Assembly (NCBI GenBank): GCA_003660975.1
Contig: QMVG01000001.1
Span: forward strand, 32,001-96,000
Source of the DNA: Candidatus Micrarchaeota archaeon
GTDB lineage: Archaea > B1Sed10-29 > B47-G15
Direction of reading: 5' to 3'
Length of the DNA: 64,000 nt
Every line of letters starts with the position of its first letter. Position 1 is the first letter of the stretch. Both the position numbers and the translations under genes were made by a program. Shown piece after piece: positions 53,601 through 64,000 of the stretch. The notes beneath the pieces were generated by a model. That model was not told the origin of the DNA. It made no database searches and was given only the letters and a program-made list of their open reading frames with translations.

Positions 53601-55415
53601 ATGCTTGGTACAAGTGTTTATCTAAACGGAAAATTAATTGGTTTTCACAATAATCCTAAAGATTTGGTTCAAACAATTAGAGACAGAAGAAGAAATGGCA
53701 AACTTCCTTATGAGGTGACGGTGGCATATTATGAGGATAGAAATGAGGTTTATATAAACGCTGATGAAGGGCGGGCACTAAGACCTCTGATAATCGTAGA
53801 AAAAGGCAAGCCAAAACTCACAAAGGAACACATAAAACTGCTCAAAGAGGGAAAATTAAGCTTTGATGACCTTGTAAAGAACGGCATAATAGAGTACCTT
53901 GATGCTGAGGAAGAGGAAAATGCATACATAGCGATAACAGAGGATGAGCTAACAGAGGAGCATACTCATCTGGAGATTCACCCAGCATTGATTTTGGGGG
54001 TTTGTTCAATAATTTCACCATATCCTGAACACAATTCAGCCCCAAGGGTTCCGATGACTTCTGCTATGATAAAGCAAAGCCTTGGTCTTTATGCGTTAAA
54101 TTACAGGCTGAGAACGGACACCCAGTCCCACATAATGTATTACCCTCATGTGCCAATAGTAAAAACAAAGTTCCACAAAATAGTTGGTGCTGAAGGCAAA
54201 CCTGCTGGGCAGAACTTCATAGTGGCAATTATGCCATACAGGGGGTATAACATAAACGATGCAATTGTTCTGAACAAGGCCAGTGTTGAGCGCGGCCTTG
54301 GAAGAACTGTTTACTTTAGAACATATGAAACCCAGGAAAGGAGATATCCAGGAGGACAGAAGGACAAATTTGAAAGGCCAAAACCAGAGATTTCAGGCTA
54401 TAGGGGTGATGAAGCTTACAGGTTCTTGGACGAAAATGGTATCATAGAGCCTGAATTTAAGGTTAATGGTGGTGATGTAGTAGTTGGGAAAACATCGCCT
54501 CCTAGGTTCCTTGAAGAAATTGGAGAGTTTGGAGGCATGATTGAAGAGAAGCGAAGAGAAAACAGCTTGGCAATAAAGCAGGGAGAGAGCGGATATGTTG
54601 ATCTTGTATTAATAACAGAAAGCGAAAGTGGAAATAGATTGGTAAAGGTAAGAACAAGAAAGGAAATGGTGCCTGAAATAGGGGACAAATTTGCTGCCAG
54701 GCATGGTCAAAAAGGAGTTGTTGGTTTACTAGTGCCTCAAGAAGACATGCCATTCAGCCAAAGTGGGATAATTCCTGACATGTGTATGAATCCGCATGCT
54801 ATTCCTTCTAGGATGACAGTTGGTTATTTATTAGAGGCTCTCGGAGCAAAGGTTGGAAGCCTTGCAGGCAGGCATATTGATGGCACTCCTTTTGACAATG
54901 AAAAGGAGAGAGACCTCAGAGAAGAGTTAAAAAGGTATGGTTTCAAACCAAACGGCACTGAAATATTATATGACGGTGTGACAGGAGAGAGAATAAAAGC
55001 AGAAATTTATGTTGGTGTGATTTACTATCAAAAATTGAAGCACTTGGTTTCAATGAAAATGCATGCAAGGGCAAGAGGACCAGTGCAGATTCTGACAAGG
55101 CAGCCAACAGAAGGACGTGCCAGGGAAGGAGGCTTAAGGTTTGGAGAAATGGAAAGAGATTGCCTGATAGGACATGGCACCTCTATGTTGCTGATGGAGA
55201 GGCTCCTAGAAGAGTCTGACAAGGTCACTGAAATGGTTTGCCCAAGATGTGGGATAATAGCAATAAATGACCAGATAAGAAAGAAAGCATACTGTCCAGT
55301 TTGCGGCTCTACAGAAGTTTATCCGATAGATATGAGCTATGCGTTTAAGCTCTTGTTAAATGAATTGATATCTATGGGCATACTTCCAAAGTTAAACCTA
55401 ACAGACAAAGTTTGA
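53601..55415 (+). CDS. rpoB1: RNA polymerase subunit B' (Rpo2C)
   Basis: GDKFAARHGQKG, NPHAIPSRMT, GGLRFGEMERD, Zn ribbon. Confidence 0.96.
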   Translation: MLGTSVYLNGKLIGFHNNPKDLVQTIRDRRRNGKLPYEVTVAYYEDRNEVYINADEGRALRPLIIVEKGKPKLTKEHIKLLKEGKLSFDDLVKNGIIEYLDAEEEENAYIAITEDELTEEHTHLEIHPALILGVCSIISPYPEHNSAPRVPMTSAMIKQSLGLYALNYRLRTDTQSHIMYYPHVPIVKTKFHKIVGAEGKPAGQNFIVAIMPYRGYNINDAIVLNKASVERGLGRTVYFRTYETQERRYPGGQKDKFERPKPEISGYRGDEAYRFLDENGIIEPEFKVNGGDVVVGKTSPPRFLEEIGEFGGMIEEKRRENSLAIKQGESGYVDLVLITESESGNRLVKVRTRKEMVPEIGDKFAARHGQKGVVGLLVPQEDMPFSQSGIIPDMCMNPHAIPSRMTVGYLLEALGAKVGSLAGRHIDGTPFDNEKERDLREELKRYGFKPNGTEILYDGVTGERIKAEIYVGVIYYQKLKHLVSMKMHARARGPVQILTRQPTEGRAREGGLRFGEMERDCLIGHGTSMLLMERLLEESDKVTEMVCPRCGIIAINDQIRKKAYCPVCGSTEVYPIDMSYAFKLLLNELISMGILPKLNLTDKV

Positions 55416-55425
55416 GGAGAGTTAG

Positions 55426-59432
<4,007 letters not shown>

Positions 59433-59436
<4 letters not shown>

Positions 59437-59846
59437 TAAAACTTTCAGCGACTGAACTCGAATACATTAACTTTTTTGAAAAGAAAACGAAGGCAGTAAT
59501 AAAAGATTGCATCCTGAACAGAGAAAATGGAGACATAACGATAATAACTAAAGAGGGAGATATAGGCCTTGTCATCGGAAAGAAAGGCAATGTTATCAAG
59601 CGTCTGAAAAAAGAATTGGGAAAGGAAATTCATGTGTATGAGTATTCTGATGACCCTGTTCAGCTTATAAAAAACCTCTTGTATCCAATAAATGTTGAAA
59701 AAGTTGAAATCAACGACAAGATAGCCACAGTGCATACGTCCCAAGAGGAAAGGAAAAGGGCAATAGGAAGAAATGGCAAAAAAATAAATATGGTAAAAGA
59801 GATAACAAGAAGATATTTTGATATTGAAGACATCAGAGTGGTTTAA
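59433..59846 (+). CDS. nusA: Archaeal NusA (two KH domains)
   Basis: IGKKG and IGRNG KH loops; canonical operon position. Confidence 0.93.
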
Positions 59847-60275
59847 ATGCCTGGAGAGTTTGCTGCAAGGAAACTGAAAAGAGATAGGCAGAGGTTTCGC
59901 TGGAAAGACGTTCACTATGTCCAACAGATGAGAAGAAAATACAAAAAGCTTAAAGATCCCTTAGAGGGAGCACCGCAAGCAAAAGGGATAGTAATAGAAA
60001 AAGTTGGTAGGGAACAGAAACAGCCTCACTCTGGAATAATCAAATGTGTTAGAGTTCAGTTGGTGAAGAATGGCAAGGTTGTAACTGCCCACCTACCAAG
60101 AGACAAGGCAAAGGACTATGTTGACGAACATGATGAGGTCCTGATCGAGGGACTTGGAGGCTCTCAGAGGGGCGCTATAGGAAGCATGTGGGGAATTAAG
60201 TATAGAGTAGTCAGCGTAAATGGCATTAGCCTTGAACAGCTGCGCACAGGAAAGAAAGAAAAGCCGAGGAGATAA
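59847..60275 (+). CDS. rps12: Ribosomal protein uS12
   Basis: [27 protein letters not shown]. Confidence 0.96.
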   Translation: MPGEFAARKLKRDRQRFRWKDVHYVQQMRRKYKKLKDPLEGAPQAKGIVIEKVGREQKQPHSGIIKCVRVQLVKNGKVVTAHLPRDKAKDYVDEHDEVLIEGLGGSQRGAIGSMWGIKYRVVSVNGISLEQLRTGKKEKPRR

Positions 60276-60881
60276 GTGGTTTTCATGGATAAGGTTTTTG
60301 GAAAATGGGATTCAAATGTAAAGGTGAATGACCCTGGTTTAAAGAGATATATAAACTTAGATCCTCGCTATGTTTACCACACACAAGGCAAGCAGGCAAG
60401 CATAAAATTTGGCAAAAGCAAAGTTCACATTGTTGAGCGCTTGGTGAACACACTAATGAGAGGCGGGACTGGAAGAAAAATAGGTGGGAAAATAATAAGA
60501 GATAGAAAAGGTTGCGGAAAAAAGGCGAAAATGTATAGGATAGTTGAGGAGGCCTTTGATGAAATATATAAAAGAACAAAGAAAAACCCTCTGCAATTAT
60601 TGGTTCAGGCAATCGAAAACGCAGCTCCAAGAGAGGAAACTACAAGAGTAAAGTACGGAGGGATAATAAATCTTATTCCTGTTGATATTTCTCCTCAAAG
60701 AAGGGTCGATCTGGCATTGAGGAATATTGGAAAGGCAGTTGCTATGCGCTCCTTTGACAGCAAGAAAAGCGCTAAGAATGCCCTTGTTGAGGAAATTATT
60801 TTGGCAAGCAACAATGATCCACAGTCCCATGCTGTCTCAAGAAAGATAGAAATAGAGAGAATGGCCAAGAGTTCAAGGTGA
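60276..60881 (+). CDS. rps7: Ribosomal protein uS7
   Basis: [25 protein letters not shown]. Confidence 0.96.
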   Translation: MVFMDKVFGKWDSNVKVNDPGLKRYINLDPRYVYHTQGKQASIKFGKSKVHIVERLVNTLMRGGTGRKIGGKIIRDRKGCGKKAKMYRIVEEAFDEIYKRTKKNPLQLLVQAIENAAPREETTRVKYGGIINLIPVDISPQRRVDLALRNIGKAVAMRSFDSKKSAKNALVEEIILASNNDPQSHAVSRKIEIERMAKSSR

Positions 60882-63076
60882 TTTTCGTGGGAAGAATTGA
60901 AAAGATGGCTGAAAAAGTTAGACAATTAATGGATAAACAGGAATCAATTAGGAATATAGGCATAGTGGCACACATTGACCATGGAAAAACAACAATGACG
61001 GATAACCTAATAGCTGGAGCAGGTCTAATGAGTGAAGACCTCGCAGGTAAAGAACTTGTTATGGATTCTTATGAGCTGGAAGCTGAGAGAGGAATAACAA
61101 TTATGGCTGCGAACATCAGCATGGTCTATAATCATGAAAACAAAGAGTATCTAATAAATCTTATAGATACTCCGGGACACGTTGACTTTGGAGGAGAGGT
61201 AACAAGAGCTATGAGGGCTGTTGATGGGGTTGTCGTTGTTGTCTGTGCTGTTGAAGGTGTCATGCCTCAGACAGAAACAGTATTAAAACAAGCCCTAAAA
61301 GAAAAAGTAAAGCCTATTTTATACATCAACAAGGTAGACAGGTTAATTAACGAACTGAAAGTTGATGAAAAACAGATGCAGGAAAGGTTTATTAAAATAA
61401 TAAATAGAGTGAATGAATTGATAGGTAGATACGCTCACCCAGAATTTAAAGAGAAATGGAAAGTGAAAGTTTCTGATGGAAGTGTGGTGTTTGGAAGTGC
61501 TTATAACAATTGGGCCATAAGTGTCCCTCTTATGCAGAAAACAGGTATAGGCTTCAAACAGATTTACGAGTATTCAAAGAATGAGCAGCAAAAGGAATTA
61601 GCAAAGAAGATACCTGGCTATCTGAGTGTCGTTGATGCTATAATAAAGCATTTGCCAAACCCCAAAGAAGCTCAGAGGTACAGAATACCCCACATATGGA
61701 AAGGAGATGCTAATTCAGACATAGGAAAGGATATGATAGAGTGCAATGCAGATGGAAAAACTGTCATTATGATAACAAGCATAGATGTTGACCCACATGC
61801 AGGAGAAATTGCTACTGGCAGAGTTTATTCTGGAAAAGTTAAAAAAGGCGATAAGCTATATTTGATAAACTCAGGAAGAGAGAATACAGTCCAGCAGGTT
61901 GCTATATACATGAACACAGGCAGAGTGCAAATGGAAGAGATACCTGCTGGCAATATAGCGGCAATAAGTGGTCTCAGAGACGCATATGCTGGTGAGACAG
62001 CAGCGGTAGAGAAAATAGAGCCTTTTGAATCAATAAAGCATTACTCTGAGCCAGTAATGACCAAGTCGATAGAGGCAAAGAATCCGAAGGATTTGCCACG
62101 ATTAATAGAGGTGCTGAGACAAGTAGCAAAAGAAGACCCCACCGTAAAAGTAGAAATAAACGAGGAAACCGGCGAGCACCTTGTTTCTGGCATGGGAGAG
62201 CTACATCTGGAGATTGTAGAACACATAATCCAGCACGATAAGGGTGTAGAAATAACAACAAGTAGGCCTATAGTGCTTTACAGGGAAACTGTAACAAAGC
62301 CGGGCAAGATGGTTGAAGGAAAATCCCCTAACAAGCACAATAAATTCTATTTAACTGCAGAACCTATGCCTGAGAATATTTACAAGGCCATAATTGAGGG
62401 AGAGATACCAGAAGGAAAGCCGAAAAATCCAAAGGAGTTGGCTCAAAAGCTCAGAGAATATGGAATAGATAAGGAAGAGGCCAAGAAGGTCTGGGACATA
62501 TACAACCACAACATGTTTATAGATGTCACAAAGGGCGTTCAGTACTTAAATGAAACAAAAGAATTAATAATACAGGCATTTGAAGAAGCTATGAGAGAAG
62601 GGCCATTAGCCCAAGAGAAATGCACAAAGGTTATAATAAAATTACACGATGCTAAGCTCCACGAAGACGCGGTACACAGAGGACCCTCTCAAGTTATACC
62701 TGCGGTGAAAAGGGCTATTTTGGCTGCTATGCTCTACGCTGATGCCCAATTAATGGAACCAAAACAAAAATTATTTATAAACGTTCCACAGGAATATATG
62801 AATGCTGTAACAAAACAGATACAGGGCATGAGAGGACAGATCCTGAACATGGAACAGGACGAGGACCACCTAACCATTGTGTCAAAAGTGCCCGTGTCCA
62901 AGACCTTTGGTTTTGCAGCAGAGATTAGGTCTGCAACACAAGGCAGGGCGATGTGGAGCACAGAATACGCAGGATATGAATTGCTACCAAGAGAATTGCA
63001 GGAGGAAACAATAAAACAAATAAGAGAGAGGAAAGGTCTTGGAAAGAGAAAAACAGCTGAGGGATTCCTTGAATAA
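60878..63076 (+). CDS. fusA: Elongation factor EF-2
   Basis: [21 protein letters not shown]; diphthamide-site HEDAVHRG intact. Confidence 0.97.
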   Translation: MIFVGRIEKMAEKVRQLMDKQESIRNIGIVAHIDHGKTTMTDNLIAGAGLMSEDLAGKELVMDSYELEAERGITIMAANISMVYNHENKEYLINLIDTPGHVDFGGEVTRAMRAVDGVVVVVCAVEGVMPQTETVLKQALKEKVKPILYINKVDRLINELKVDEKQMQERFIKIINRVNELIGRYAHPEFKEKWKVKVSDGSVVFGSAYNNWAISVPLMQKTGIGFKQIYEYSKNEQQKELAKKIPGYLSVVDAIIKHLPNPKEAQRYRIPHIWKGDANSDIGKDMIECNADGKTVIMITSIDVDPHAGEIATGRVYSGKVKKGDKLYLINSGRENTVQQVAIYMNTGRVQMEEIPAGNIAAISGLRDAYAGETAAVEKIEPFESIKHYSEPVMTKSIEAKNPKDLPRLIEVLRQVAKEDPTVKVEINEETGEHLVSGMGELHLEIVEHIIQHDKGVEITTSRPIVLYRETVTKPGKMVEGKSPNKHNKFYLTAEPMPENIYKAIIEGEIPEGKPKNPKELAQKLREYGIDKEEAKKVWDIYNHNMFIDVTKGVQYLNETKELIIQAFEEAMREGPLAQEKCTKVIIKLHDAKLHEDAVHRGPSQVIPAVKRAILAAMLYADAQLMEPKQKLFINVPQEYMNAVTKQIQGMRGQILNMEQDEDHLTIVSKVPVSKTFGFAAEIRSATQGRAMWSTEYAGYELLPRELQEETIKQIRERKGLGKRKTAEGFLE

Positions 63077-63102
63077 AATAATACTTATGGAGGTGTAATG
63101 CA

Positions 63103-64000
63103 ATGGCAGATAGGATACACATGAACCTTGTGTTCATAGGACACGTTGACCACGGAAAGTCAACTACAGTTGGTAGGCTCCTTTTGGATTCTGGAGCCAT
63201 AACAGATGCTCAACTTAGGAAGTTGAAGGAAGAGGCCGAGAAGCTCGGAAAACCTACGTTTGAGTTTGCCTTTGTCATGGACAAGCTAAAGGAGGAAAGA
63301 GAAAGAGGAGTTACAATAGACGTAATGCACAAAGACTTCAAAACGCAGAAGTATTATTTCACAATAATCGACGCACCAGGCCACAGAGACTTCGTGAAAA
63401 ACATGATTACAGGGACAAGCCAGGCAGATGCAGCAGTTTTGGTAGTGTCTGCTAAAGAAGGACAGCAGGAGCAAACAAAAGAACACGCTTTTCTCGCAAA
63501 GACATTGGGAGTAAAGCAGATGATAGTGACCATAAACAAAATGGACACGGTAGACTATGCCGAATCCAGATTTAACGAGGTTAAAAATGACGTATCAAAG
63601 CTTTTGAAAACAATCGGTTACAACATTGAGAAGGTCCCATTTGTCCCAATAAGCGCATACAAAGGAGACAACGTTGTAAAGAAATCAGAGAACATGGCAT
63701 GGTACAAGGGCAAAACACTTATAGAAACGCTTGATGACTTAGAACCGCCAGAGAAGCACACTGATAAGCCCCTTAGACTGCCTATACAGGATGTCTACAA
63801 TATTACTGGAGTGGGCATGGTTCCTGTAGGTAGAGTAGAAACAGGAGTACTAAAAACAGGGGACAAAGTGATAATAATGCCTTCAGGAGCGGTTGGTGAA
63901 GTAAAGAGCATTGAAATGCACCACCAACCAATGCAGCAAGCAGAACCAGGAGACAACATTGGCTTTAACCTTAAAGGCGTTGACAAAAAAGCAGTAAAGA
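63103..64000 (+). CDS. tuf: Elongation factor EF-1 alpha (partial, runs off the window edge)
   Basis: Not in the ORF track. Hand translation [21 protein letters not shown]...ERERGVTID...[15 protein letters not shown]...NKMD. Confidence 0.97.
   Translation, partial: MADRIHMNLVFIGHVDHGKSTTVGRLLLDSGAITDAQLRKLKEEAEKLGKPTFEFAFVMDKLKEERERGVTIDVMHKDFKTQKYYFTIIDAPGHRDFVKNMITGTSQADAAVLVVSAKEGQQEQTKEHAFLAKTLGVKQMIVTINKMDTVDYAESRFNEVKNDVSKLLKTIGYNIEKVPFVPISAYKGDNVVKKSENMAWYKGKTLIETLDDLEPPEKHTDKPLRLPIQDVYNITGVGMVPVGRVETGVLKTGDKVIIMPSGAVGEVKSIEMHHQPMQQAEPGDNIGFNLKGVDKKAVK

Noticed and set aside
52124-55415. Split rpoB as a frameshift or pseudogene
   Set aside because: The B''/B' split is a known archaeal arrangement; both parts are intact and B' has its own SD and start.

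Overview
Archaeal chromosome segment, most consistent with a small-genome DPANN-type archaeon (inferred from gene content, not checked by search). 1-19.4 kb: a surface/attachment supercluster with five class III (pilin-like) genes, a TadC/GspF-like platform protein, a TadA/VirB11-family ATPase, an archaeosortase, a 2402-aa membrane-anchored giant protein, eight small membrane proteins in two paralog families, and a Walker-A-degenerate HerA-like protein between two coiled-coil proteins. 19.5-51.8 kb: mostly housekeeping (polB, map, trm5, ppsA, trkH/trkA, tmk, acs, HDAC), 13 tRNA genes, three Yip1 paralogs, and a duplicated [secreted Ig-like subunit + anchored chaperone-like protein] locus. 51.9-64 kb: the rpoH-B''-B'-A'-A''-rpl30e-nusA-rps12-rps7-EF2-EF1A operon. 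The most striking unexplained signal is a small non-coding palindromic element (GNA-triloop hairpin plus TTTCGC-TTAAGCCTTT-N17/18-AAAGGCTTAA). It sits directly behind three different tRNA genes (Leu-CAG, Val-CAC, Thr-TGT), and each copy is followed by an 18-20 bp duplicate of that tRNA's own 3' end starting in the T-loop. This suggests a tRNA-targeting mini-element that duplicates its target site. No integrase, transposase or CRISPR array is visible in the window.
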